From Candidatus Allofournierella merdipullorum (GTDB lineage Bacteria; Bacillota; Clostridia; Oscillospirales; Ruminococcaceae): DNA of 64,000 nt. The stretch lies in contig DXBV01000063.1 of the NCBI GenBank assembly GCA_019116345.1, forward strand, positions 17,574 through 81,573, read 5' to 3'. Positions 17,704-25,753 of this stretch are shown here, piece after piece. Each line of letters begins with the position of its first letter. Within the stretch, counting starts at the first letter, position 1. The position numbers were made by a program, and so were the translations under genes. Below the pieces are notes generated by a model that worked only from the letters and a program-made list of their open reading frames with translations, was not told where the DNA came from and did not search any database.

Positions 17704-19023
17704 TTATTCTGCAGCAGGTTTTGCAAAATTCGGCGTACGCTCCCGGGGCAGCAGATAGAGCACACAGGGTAAAAGCCACAGGCACACGTTGATGCAGGGC
17801 CAGGCAAAGTGCCCTTCCATAAAGGCGTGGGCCAGCATCACCACGAGGCAAGCACTCTCGGTCACCGCCCCCTTTTTCATCAGCCGCCACAGCAGCACCG
17901 TCACGGAGCCCCAGAGCAGAAGGCTTTCCACCGGACCGCCGTAGATCCACTGTGCCACATAGAAATTATCCACAACAAAGCCCGAATCGGTCAGCCGCTG
18001 GCCAGCGATGGCGATGGAGCTGCCGGTCAAAGCCTGGTTGGCGAGCATCAACCGGCCGGTGAAAAGGCCGTCCAGACGCGTCCAGAAGCCGCTGTCGGCA
18101 CGGTAGAGCAGGCCGCTCAGAAGACTTGCTGCAAAGGCTGCCGCCGGCGCGGCGCTCACCAGCCCCCGCACCCAGACCGGTTTTGCAAGGCCCGGAGCAA
18201 AACGCAGCACCGCAGCCAGTAAAATCAGCAGCGCGATGCAGACGGTGGCGGCGCGGCTGTCCGGCCCCTGGTCGCAAAACACCAGCGCCGCGGCCAGCAG
18301 CGCGAAATCAAACCACTTCAAATTTTTGGCCTGCCGCCAGCAGACATACATGATGCAGATGGCCAGCAGGATCGCGCCGGTAAGGTTGAACCAGCCATAG
18401 CCGAAACTGTCGCGGCCACGAGCGCCAAGAGATGGATCGCCATTGGTAAGCGTTTTAATCCATCCCATCGCGGCGCTTGTCACCACAGCCAGGAAGCTGG
18501 CCGCGCTCACCGCAAGTCCTGTTTTCAAGGCTTGCCGCATTCGTACATCCTTCGCCGCCAGGAAAAACATCATGCCTGCAACGACCCAAAACTTTCCGTT
18601 GTTCAAAAACACCCAGCGGAACACAAAGAAGAAGCAGTACCCGGCTCCCAACTGAAGGCCCGAGTAGCGGGTGAAAAACACCAGCTTCAGAATAATGAGC
18701 CAGAAATAGATGATCTCCAGCTTCGGAGCCAGGAACCCATACCATGAGGCGGTCGTCTCCCGCACATAGCTGTTCATAAAGAACATATCAAACTGCAAAA
18801 GAGCCATTGCAACGACGAACAGCCAGCTGCCGATCTGCACCCGCGTTTCGCCGCCCCAGCCACCAAATAGAAGGCGTTCATCGGTCAGCGCCGCGTGCAA
18901 CTTATCCTTCCATCCGCCCTTTGTGAGGAGGGCGCATCCGCCAAGCCACAGCAGACCCAACGTCCAGCCGATCAGGACCAGATCCAGATAACCGTAAATG
19001 CCCGTGGTAAACAATCTCGCCAA
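17704..19023 (-). CDS. Putative polysaccharide polymerase (Wzy-like / O-antigen-ligase-like multi-pass membrane protein)
   Basis: 439-aa ORF with 10 or more hydrophobic segments. It has a TTG start 7 nt after GAAGGAGAG. It is more A/T-rich than its neighbours, as is typical of wzy genes. I recognise no catalytic motif; the call rests on topology and context. Confidence 0.55.
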   Translation of the reverse strand: MARLFTTGIYGYLDLVLIGWTLGLLWLGGCALLTKGGWKDKLHAALTDERLLFGGWGGETRVQIGSWLFVVAMALLQFDMFFMNSYVRETTASWYGFLAPKLEIIYFWLIILKLVFFTRYSGLQLGAGYCFFFVFRWVFLNNGKFWVVAGMMFFLAAKDVRMRQALKTGLAVSAASFLAVVTSAAMGWIKTLTNGDPSLGARGRDSFGYGWFNLTGAILLAICIMYVCWRQAKNLKWFDFALLAAALVFCDQGPDSRAATVCIALLILLAAVLRFAPGLAKPVWVRGLVSAAPAAAFAASLLSGLLYRADSGFWTRLDGLFTGRLMLANQALTGSSIAIAGQRLTDSGFVVDNFYVAQWIYGGPVESLLLWGSVTVLLWRLMKKGAVTESACLVVMLAHAFMEGHFAWPCINVCLWLLPCVLYLLPRERTPNFAKPAAE

Positions 19024-19161
19024 ATCTTTTCTCTCCTTCGGGCCGACGCCGCCGGCGCCGCTTGTTTTTCAATTTGTGCACAAAGGCCATTTTATTCTGT
19101 GTGCATCTCAATTATAGTGGTTTTCATCCCCGTTGTCCACTTCTTCTGCGCCCACCGTTCA

Positions 19162-19190
19162 TTGAAATCCCGCGGGTTTTATGGTATCAT
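19162..19190 (+). promoter_or_regulatory. Predicted promoter of GT-C paralog 2
   Basis: TTGAAA (19162-19167), 17-nt spacer, extended -10 TGGTATCAT (TATCAT = 19185-19190). Confidence 0.4.
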
Positions 19191-19286
19191 AATAAGCACT
19201 TTTACGCTCCGCTGTTCTGAAAGGAGGAGTCCGCCCTGAAAGCGAAATGGAACGCGGCTCCGCTGCCCGCGAAGCTGGCAGCCGCC

Positions 19287-20636
19287 ATGGCCGCATTGGT
19301 CTTTCTGGCCATGCTGGCGCTCAACTGTCTGACGCCCTATGTGGCGGATGACTATACCTTCTCCTTCAGCTACGCCACCGGCGAGCGGCTGACCGGGCTT
19401 TGGAGCGTGCTGCAAAGCCAGTGGTACCACTACTTCCACTGGAGCGGCCGGTTTCTCATCAAGTGCCTTGCCCAAGGCTTCACTGTTCTGCCCAAGATCG
19501 TGTTCAATCTGCTGAACGCGGCGGTGTACGCCGGTCTCGGCCTTGTACTGCACCGACTGGCGATCGCGCGAAAGCGGCATTTTGAGCCGGCGGTGCTGGC
19601 GCTCATCTACCTGAGTCTGTGGATGGTCGCGCCGGTGTTCGGCCAGACGAACCTCTGGATGTGCGGCTCGGTGAACTACCTCTGGGCCACTTTTTTCTGC
19701 ATGGCGGCGCTCATTCCCTATGCGCTGCACCTGAACCGGGCCTTTTCCGCGCGCCGCTGGCTGGCGCCGGTTTGCCTTCTGGCGGGGCTTGTTGCCGGCT
19801 GGTCCAGCGAAAACACCAGCGCCGGGTTGCTGGTGGCGCTGGTGCTGTGTGTCGGGTTCTTCCTCTGGCGGGACAAAAAAGCTCCCCTCTGGGCCTGGCT
19901 TGGCCTTGCGGGCGCGCTGCTGGGCTTCGCGCTGCTGATCCTGGCGCCGGGCAACTACCAGCGTCAGGACGCCGCCGCCGATCCCCGCGGCCCGCTGACC
20001 GTGCTGGCGGTGCGTTTCCTCTCCGCCCTAAACCAACTGGTGAGCGGCGGCGGGCTGGTGCTTCTAGTACTCTTCGGCGTGCTCTTCTGCCTGCTGGCAC
20101 TTCAAAAGCCGAGTGTGTCCGGGCTGTTCTGGCCCCTGGCCCTCTTTGCCGCGGCCATGGGCGCGAATTTTGCCATGATCCTTTCGCCGGTATACTATCC
20201 CCGCTCCACCCACGGTGTGTTCACCTTCCTCACCGCCGCCTGCGCTGCTTGCGCGGTGCAGCTGGAGGGCAAAAGCATCCGCTGCGCGCTGGCTGCCGGC
20301 GCCGCCGGGCTCACCATGGCGGCGGCAGTGCAGTTCGTCTGGGCAGGATACGACATTGCCAGTTTCTTTGTGATGAAACAGACCCGGGAACAGGCCCTGC
20401 TGGCCGAGGCGGCGGCCGGGAATACCGAAGTGGTGACCTACGCCATTGAGCCTTACACCCGCTGGTGCGCCGGCTGGGGCCTGCCCGACCTGCGCCAGGA
20501 CCCCGAGGACTGGGTCTGCGCGGACACCGCGAAGTATTACGGGCTGGAAAGCCTTTCGGCCGACGAAGCCCGCACCTATCCCTTCCCCGGCAAGACCAAT
20601 ACCGCTTTTGAGACCGGTGAGATCCCGGACATCTGA
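19287..20636 (+). CDS. Polytopic membrane protein, putative GT-C-fold polysaccharide glycosyltransferase (DUF6056-like), paralog 2
   Basis: 449 aa from ATG 19287. It shares LTPYVADDYTF, NLWMCGSVNYLW, AGWSSENTS, ILSPVYY and PYTRWCAGWGLPDLRQDPEDWV with paralog 1. The frame is open from 19221, and a CTG at 19236 lies 6 nt after AAGGAGGAG, so the true start may be 19236. Confidence 0.7.
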   Translation: MAALVFLAMLALNCLTPYVADDYTFSFSYATGERLTGLWSVLQSQWYHYFHWSGRFLIKCLAQGFTVLPKIVFNLLNAAVYAGLGLVLHRLAIARKRHFEPAVLALIYLSLWMVAPVFGQTNLWMCGSVNYLWATFFCMAALIPYALHLNRAFSARRWLAPVCLLAGLVAGWSSENTSAGLLVALVLCVGFFLWRDKKAPLWAWLGLAGALLGFALLILAPGNYQRQDAAADPRGPLTVLAVRFLSALNQLVSGGGLVLLVLFGVLFCLLALQKPSVSGLFWPLALFAAAMGANFAMILSPVYYPRSTHGVFTFLTAACAACAVQLEGKSIRCALAAGAAGLTMAAAVQFVWAGYDIASFFVMKQTREQALLAEAAAGNTEVVTYAIEPYTRWCAGWGLPDLRQDPEDWVCADTAKYYGLESLSADEARTYPFPGKTNTAFETGEIPDI

Positions 20637-20646
20637 CAGAAAAACC

Positions 20647-20678
20647 AAGGCCCCACGGACAGTTGCCCGCGGGGCCTT
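20647..20678. terminator. Bidirectional intrinsic terminator
   Basis: AAGGCCCC (20647-20654) pairs with GGGGCCTT (20671-20678). T-rich tracts follow on both strands. It sits between convergent genes. Confidence 0.7.
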
Positions 20679-20687
20679 AAGTTTTGT

Positions 20688-20948
20688 TTACAGTGTTCCG
20701 CCGTTGATGAGGTATTCCGCCAGTTCCACATCGTCTTTATCCACAAAGATCTTGTATTCGGTGGCGGCACGGGTGAGGAACGGGAGCACCTGCCCGTTCA
20801 TGGCGCGGGGCATCAGGTCATCGGTGTGCTGGCGCACCCAGAATTTCACGCCGCCCTCCTGCAGGGCCATGCGGGCCGCCCCCACCTGCACCGCATCGTA
20901 GGTATACAAGACCAACCGCTTGCGAAAAAAGCCTGTCAGGAATTTCAT
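20688..20948 (-). CDS. Hypothetical small protein (86 aa)
   Basis: The ORF lies immediately downstream of pepT on the same strand and has coding-like composition. I recognise no family with confidence. Confidence 0.5.
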   Translation of the reverse strand: MKFLTGFFRKRLVLYTYDAVQVGAARMALQEGGVKFWVRQHTDDLMPRAMNGQVLPFLTRAATEYKIFVDKDDVELAEYLINGGTL

Positions 20949-20979
20949 ACGCCTCCTCCTTTCAGGGGACGCAGGATGT

Positions 20980-22197
20980 TCAGCTGATGTAGATGCTCAG
21001 GATATTCAGCAAAATTTCCACGCTCTTGTCCATCTTCTCAGCGGTGATGTACTCGCAGGGCCCGTGGAAGTTGAAGCCGCCGGTGCCGAGGTTCGGGCAG
21101 GGCAGCCCCATAAAAGACAGCCGCGCGCCGTCGGTGCCGCCGCGGATGGGCACGATCTTCGGCTCCAGCCCCGCCTGCTTCACCGCCAGCTGGGCGTTCT
21201 CGATCAGGTGATAGTGGGGCAGGATCTCCTGCTCCATATTGTAGTAGCTGTCCTTCAGTTCCAGCACCGCGGTGCCCGCGCCGTACTTTGCGTTGATGGC
21301 ATCTGCGGCGGCGGTCATCGCTGCCTTGCGGGCGTTGAATTTCTCCATATCATGGTCGCGGATGATGTACTCCAGTTTCGCCTCGCTCACCGTGCCGCTC
21401 ATCTCACACAGGTGATAGAAGCCCTCGGTGCCCTCGGTGTGCTCCGGGCGCTCATCGGCGGGCAGCATGGCGTGCAGCTCCACGGCGATGTTCTGGGCGT
21501 TCTTCATCAGGTCTTTGGCACTGCCGGGATGCACCGAGAAGCCGTGGATGGTGACAAAGGCCGAAGCGGCGTTGAAGTTCTGATACTCCAGCTCGCCCAC
21601 GTCGCCGCCGTCCACCGTGTAAGCATAGTCGGCGCCGAAGCCCTTGACGTCGAACAGGTCGGCGCCCTCGCCCACCTCCTCGTCGGGGGTGAAGGCCACG
21701 CAGACCTTGCCGTGGGCGATGCCCTCCTTCTGCAGCCGTTCCACGGCGGTGAGGATCTCCGCAATACCCGCCTTGTCGTCCGCGCCCAACAGGGTGGTGC
21801 CGTCGGCGGTGATGAGGGTCTGGCCCTTCCAGTTCGCCAGCTCGGGGAACTGCGCCACCCGCATATACTCGCCGGTGCCGGTGAACAGAACGTCGCCACC
21901 GTCGTAGTTCTCGATGACCTGGGGCTTCACGTTCTCGCCCGGGGCGTCGGGGGCGGTGTCCATATGAGCGATGAGGCCGATGGCGGGTTTATCCTCCAGA
22001 CCGGGGGTAGCGGGCAATACACCGTAGACGTAGCAATTCTCGTCCACCCGCACGTCCTGCAGGCCCAGCTCCTTCATCTGCTGTTCCAGCAGACGGGCCA
22101 GGTCAAACTGGCGGGCGGTGCTGGGGTGGGTGGCGCTGTGGTCGTCGGAAGTGGTGTAGATTTTCGCGTAATCAAGGAAACGCTCGTAGGCGCGCAT
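20980..22197 (-). CDS. pepT: Peptidase T (tripeptide aminopeptidase, M20B)
   Basis: Starts MRAYERFLDYAKIYTTSDDHS, preceded by AAGGAGG (the track ORF starts at 22251). IGLIAHMDTAPD, LLGADDKAGIAEIL and FTPDEEVGEGA are classic PepT/M20 blocks. Length is 405 aa. Confidence 0.92.
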   Translation of the reverse strand: MRAYERFLDYAKIYTTSDDHSATHPSTARQFDLARLLEQQMKELGLQDVRVDENCYVYGVLPATPGLEDKPAIGLIAHMDTAPDAPGENVKPQVIENYDGGDVLFTGTGEYMRVAQFPELANWKGQTLITADGTTLLGADDKAGIAEILTAVERLQKEGIAHGKVCVAFTPDEEVGEGADLFDVKGFGADYAYTVDGGDVGELEYQNFNAASAFVTIHGFSVHPGSAKDLMKNAQNIAVELHAMLPADERPEHTEGTEGFYHLCEMSGTVSEAKLEYIIRDHDMEKFNARKAAMTAAADAINAKYGAGTAVLELKDSYYNMEQEILPHYHLIENAQLAVKQAGLEPKIVPIRGGTDGARLSFMGLPCPNLGTGGFNFHGPCEYITAEKMDKSVEILLNILSIYIS

Positions 22198-22294
22198 GGG
22201 CTTCGCCCTCCTTACTTTATCTTTGCTTGTATTGTAGCACAGGGCGGGCAAAATAGAAAGGGGCGTGCCAGAGCGTCGAAATCGCGCCGTCCCC

Positions 22295-22323
22295 TTGGAA
22301 ATTTGTTACTTTTATGATATGAT
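22295..22323 (+). promoter_or_regulatory. Predicted promoter of the fnl/glycan-modification operon
   Basis: TTGGAA (22295-22300), 17-nt spacer, TATGAT (22318-22323), about 70 nt upstream of fnlA. Confidence 0.4.
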
Positions 22324-22392
22324 TGTTACCGTATATGACTAAGGAACGCGCGCCTGCGCACAAGGATATACCTTTTGGGAGGTTTAAAAAGA

Positions 22393-23439
22393 ATGAACAG
22401 CAGCTATTTTAGCGGCAAGACCCTTCTCATCACCGGCGGCACCGGCAGCTTCGGCAACACGGTGCTCAAGCATTTTCTGGCCAGCGACATCGGCGAGATC
22501 CGCATCTTCAGCCGCGACGAGAAAAAGCAGGACGACATGCGCCATGAGGTGCAGCAGAAGCACCCGGAACTGGCGGGCAAGCTGCGTTTTTACATCGGCG
22601 ACGTGCGGGACATCTCCAGCGTGCGCAGCGCGGTGCGGGGCGTAGACTACATCTTCCATGCCGCGGCTCTGAAGCAGGTGCCCAGCTGTGAGTTCTTCCC
22701 CATGGAGGCCGTGCGCACCAACATCATCGGCACCGACAACGTGCTCACCGCCGCCATCGACGCGGGCGTGAAGAAGGTGGTTTGCCTGTCCACCGACAAG
22801 GCCGCCTACCCCATCAACGCCATGGGCATCTCCAAGGCGATGATGGAAAAGGTCATCGGCGCGAAAGCCCGCACCGTCAAGGCGGAGGACACCACCATCT
22901 GCTGCACCCGCTACGGCAACGTGATGTGCAGCCGGGGCAGCGTCATTCCCCTGTTCATCGACCAGATCAAGGCGGGCAAGCCCATCACCATCACCGACCC
23001 GGACATGACCCGTTTCCTCATGAACCTGGACGAGGCGGTAGACCTGGTTCAGTTCGCCTTTGAGCACGCCAACCCCGGCGACCTGTTCGTGCAGAAGAGC
23101 GACGCCTCCACCATCGGTGTGCTGGCCAAGGCGGTGCAGCAGTTGTTCGGCGACACCGGCACCCAGGTCATCGGCACCCGCCACGGCGAGAAGCTCTACG
23201 AGACGCTGATGACCAAAGAGGAGCGGGTGCGCAGCGAGGACATGGGCGGCTACTTCCGCGTGTCCGCCGACGGCCGTGACCTGAACTACGATAAGTTCGT
23301 GGTGAAGGGCGAGGTGCACACCCAGGCGGACGAGAGCTACACCAGCCACAACACCCGTCTGCTGACCGTGGATGAGACGGTGGCCAAGATCATGACCACC
23401 GAATACGTGCAGAACGAACTGGCGAACTGGGGCAAATAA
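22393..23439 (+). CDS. fnlA: UDP-GlcNAc 4,6-dehydratase/5-epimerase (FnlA/CapE/WbjB)
   Basis: KTLLITGGTGSFGNTVLKHFL...IRIFSRDEKKQDDMRH...YIGDVRD...STDKAAYPINAMGISKAMMEK closely matches CapE/FnlA as I remember it. ATG 22393 follows GGGAGG. Confidence 0.9.
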   Translation: MNSSYFSGKTLLITGGTGSFGNTVLKHFLASDIGEIRIFSRDEKKQDDMRHEVQQKHPELAGKLRFYIGDVRDISSVRSAVRGVDYIFHAAALKQVPSCEFFPMEAVRTNIIGTDNVLTAAIDAGVKKVVCLSTDKAAYPINAMGISKAMMEKVIGAKARTVKAEDTTICCTRYGNVMCSRGSVIPLFIDQIKAGKPITITDPDMTRFLMNLDEAVDLVQFAFEHANPGDLFVQKSDASTIGVLAKAVQQLFGDTGTQVIGTRHGEKLYETLMTKEERVRSEDMGGYFRVSADGRDLNYDKFVVKGEVHTQADESYTSHNTRLLTVDETVAKIMTTEYVQNELANWGK

Positions 23440-23473
23440 GGCCCTCCCACTTTTGAAAAAGGACGGCGACACC

Positions 23474-24607
23474 ATGCACAAAAACACCCCCATCCTCATC
23501 ACCGGCGCCGGAGGTTTCATCGGCAAGAACCTGGTGGCCACGCTGAAGGCCCAGGGCTTTGCCGACCTGATGCTGTTTGAAAAGGACGACACCCCCGAGA
23601 CCCTGGCGGAGTACGCCGCCAGGGCAGGCTTTGTGTTCCATCTGGCGGGCATCAACCGCCCCAAGGACCCCAGCGAGTTCTATGCCGGCAACTCCGGGCT
23701 CACCGACGTGCTGCTGGAGCTGCTGGCCAAGGCGGAACAGCCCGCCCCGGTGCTGGTGACCAGCAGCACCCAGGCCGCTCTGGACAACGACTACGGCCGG
23801 AGCAAGGCCATGGCGGAGGCGGCGGTGTACGCCTACGGCGAAAAGACCGGCGCGCCGGTGTATGTGTTCCGGCTGCCGGGGGTGTTCGGCAAGTGGTGCC
23901 GCCCCAACTACAACAGCGTGGTGGCCACCTTCTGCCACAACGCGGCCCACGGCCTGCCTCTTGAGGTGCGGGACCCTGCCTATTCCCTGCCTCTCGTTTA
24001 CATCGACGACGTGGTGCGCGCCTTCATCGCCGCCATGGACGGCGAGACCGTCACCGACGGCCAAACGCCTGCCCACTGCCGTGTGGAGCCGGAGCATGTG
24101 ACCACCCTGGGCCACCTGGCCGGGGTCATCGGCGGCTTTGCGGAAAACCGCAAGACGCTGGAAGCGCCGTATCTTGCGGCGGGCAGCCTTGAAAAGAAAC
24201 TCTATTCCACCTGGCTGTCCTACCTGCCCACCGACCAGTTCTCCTACCCGCTGAACATGCATTGCGACGCCCGGGGCAGCTTTACCGAGTTCCTGCGCAC
24301 CCCCGAGCGTGGCCAGGTGAGCGTGAATATCTCGAAGCCCGGCATCGTGAAGGGCAACCACTGGCATCACTCCAAGAATGAGAAGTTTCTGGTGGTGAGC
24401 GGCCGGGGCGTCATCCGCTTCCGCAAGCCGGACGAGGAGACGGTTTACGAATACTTTGTCTCCGGCGACAAGCTGGAGGTGGTGGACATTCCCACCGGCT
24501 ACACCCACAACATCGAGAATCTTGGCGAGGGTGACATGGTGACTCTGATGTGGGCCAACGAGGCCTTCGACCCCGAGAACCCCGACACCATCCCCCTGGA
24601 GGTGTGA
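23474..24607 (+). CDS. fnlB: UDP-2-acetamido-2,6-dideoxy-hexulose reductase with C-terminal cupin domain (FnlB/CapF/WbjC)
   Basis: It has an N-terminal SDR ILITGAGGFIGKNL and a C-terminal cupin GSFTEFL...GIVKGNHWHHSKNEKFLVVSG, the CapF architecture. I chose ATG 23474 over the track's TTG at 23453. Confidence 0.85.
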   Translation: MHKNTPILITGAGGFIGKNLVATLKAQGFADLMLFEKDDTPETLAEYAARAGFVFHLAGINRPKDPSEFYAGNSGLTDVLLELLAKAEQPAPVLVTSSTQAALDNDYGRSKAMAEAAVYAYGEKTGAPVYVFRLPGVFGKWCRPNYNSVVATFCHNAAHGLPLEVRDPAYSLPLVYIDDVVRAFIAAMDGETVTDGQTPAHCRVEPEHVTTLGHLAGVIGGFAENRKTLEAPYLAAGSLEKKLYSTWLSYLPTDQFSYPLNMHCDARGSFTEFLRTPERGQVSVNISKPGIVKGNHWHHSKNEKFLVVSGRGVIRFRKPDEETVYEYFVSGDKLEVVDIPTGYTHNIENLGEGDMVTLMWANEAFDPENPDTIPLEV

Positions 24608-24610
24608 CCG

Positions 24611-25747
24611 ATGGCGCAGGCTGCCTCTGAGCCGGCAAAGCCGACGGTCCGCATCGGGTTTACCGCGTTCCACTGCGATTTTGACCCTCAGCACAATCTC
24701 ATCACCGACCTGCTGCGCCGGCGTTTTGACGTGCAGGTGTGCGACGAGCCGGACTTTATGTTCTGCGCCGACTTCTGGTTCGGCGCCCACCGGTTCGATT
24801 TGAACAAGCTGGAGTGCGTGCGCATCGGCTACACCGGCGAAAACGACAACGCGAATTTTTCCGCCTTTGACTATTTCATCGGGTTCGAATACATCGATTA
24901 CCCCGACCGGTATTTCCGCTGCCCGAACCTGCTGTTTGAATGCGACCTGTCCGCCTGGCAGCCGCTGGAGGATGTGGACGCTTTTGCCGCGTCCAAAACC
25001 CGCTTTTGCAATTTCTGCTTCAGCCACCCCTCCGAGAACGGCGTCCGGGAGGACATGGCGCGCCTTTTGAGCGCCTACAAAGAGGTGGACTGCTGCGGCC
25101 CCATTCTCAACAACACCCAGCCGGGGGTGGACCCGGAGCTCTGCCGCATCCCCCGGGACGAGAAGTCCCGCCGGGTGGCCGAGAGCCGCTTCACCATCTG
25201 CTGCGAGAGCACCAGCCGGCCGGGTTTTGTCACCGAAAAGATCTGGGAAGCCTTGAAGAACCACAGCGTCCCCATCTACTACGGCGACGAGACCGTCACC
25301 CGCATCTTCAACCCCAAAGCCTTCGTGAACCTGCACGACTTCGCCTCGCTGGAGGAGGCGGCGGAGTTCATCCGCCGGCTGGACGCCGACGAAGCGGCCT
25401 ACCGGGAAATGCTGGCTCAGCCGCCCTTTGCGGAAGGTTTCGACCGGGACGCCATCTTCGACGCCTTTGAGGAGTTTTTGGCCCACATCGTTTCCCAGGA
25501 GCCGAAAGCCGCCCTGCGGCGGCCGGTCAGCTTCATGCCGGCGGACATGAACGATTATCTCGCCCTGCTCAAGCCCTACGCCCAAAAGCTGGACGTCAAG
25601 GAGCAGCGCGTCGCCCGCTGGCGGCGGCGCTGGTACTGGGGGCTGGTGCTTCTGCGGCGGTTCGTGCCCGGCCTTGTGCCCGAGCCGGACCGCGGAATGC
25701 TGAACTTTTACTACAAGCGACACGAGCGCGCCATGAAAAAGGAGTAA
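24611..25747 (+). CDS. GT10-family (alpha-1,3-fucosyltransferase-like) glycosyltransferase
   Basis: 378 aa. FTICCESTSRPGFVTEKIWEALKNHSVPIYYG matches the GT10 alpha-1,3-FucT motif (ENS..x..Y[IV]TEK[LI]W.AL...VPI..G). GGAGGTG lies upstream of the ATG. Confidence 0.75.
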   Translation: MAQAASEPAKPTVRIGFTAFHCDFDPQHNLITDLLRRRFDVQVCDEPDFMFCADFWFGAHRFDLNKLECVRIGYTGENDNANFSAFDYFIGFEYIDYPDRYFRCPNLLFECDLSAWQPLEDVDAFAASKTRFCNFCFSHPSENGVREDMARLLSAYKEVDCCGPILNNTQPGVDPELCRIPRDEKSRRVAESRFTICCESTSRPGFVTEKIWEALKNHSVPIYYGDETVTRIFNPKAFVNLHDFASLEEAAEFIRRLDADEAAYREMLAQPPFAEGFDRDAIFDAFEEFLAHIVSQEPKAALRRPVSFMPADMNDYLALLKPYAQKLDVKEQRVARWRRRWYWGLVLLRRFVPGLVPEPDRGMLNFYYKRHERAMKKE

Positions 25748-25753
25748 ACGCCG

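Noticed and set aside
19073-19084. The 12-bp palindrome TTTGTGCACAAA in the wzy/GT-C2 divergent spacer, and the 7-bp-arm repeat AGATATC-GCAG-GATATCT at 1953-1970, considered as operators.
   Set aside because: Single short palindromes of this size are expected many times by chance in 64 kb: by my estimate, tens of occurrences for 6-7-bp arms with 0-10-nt spacers. There is no second copy and no adjacent regulator gene.
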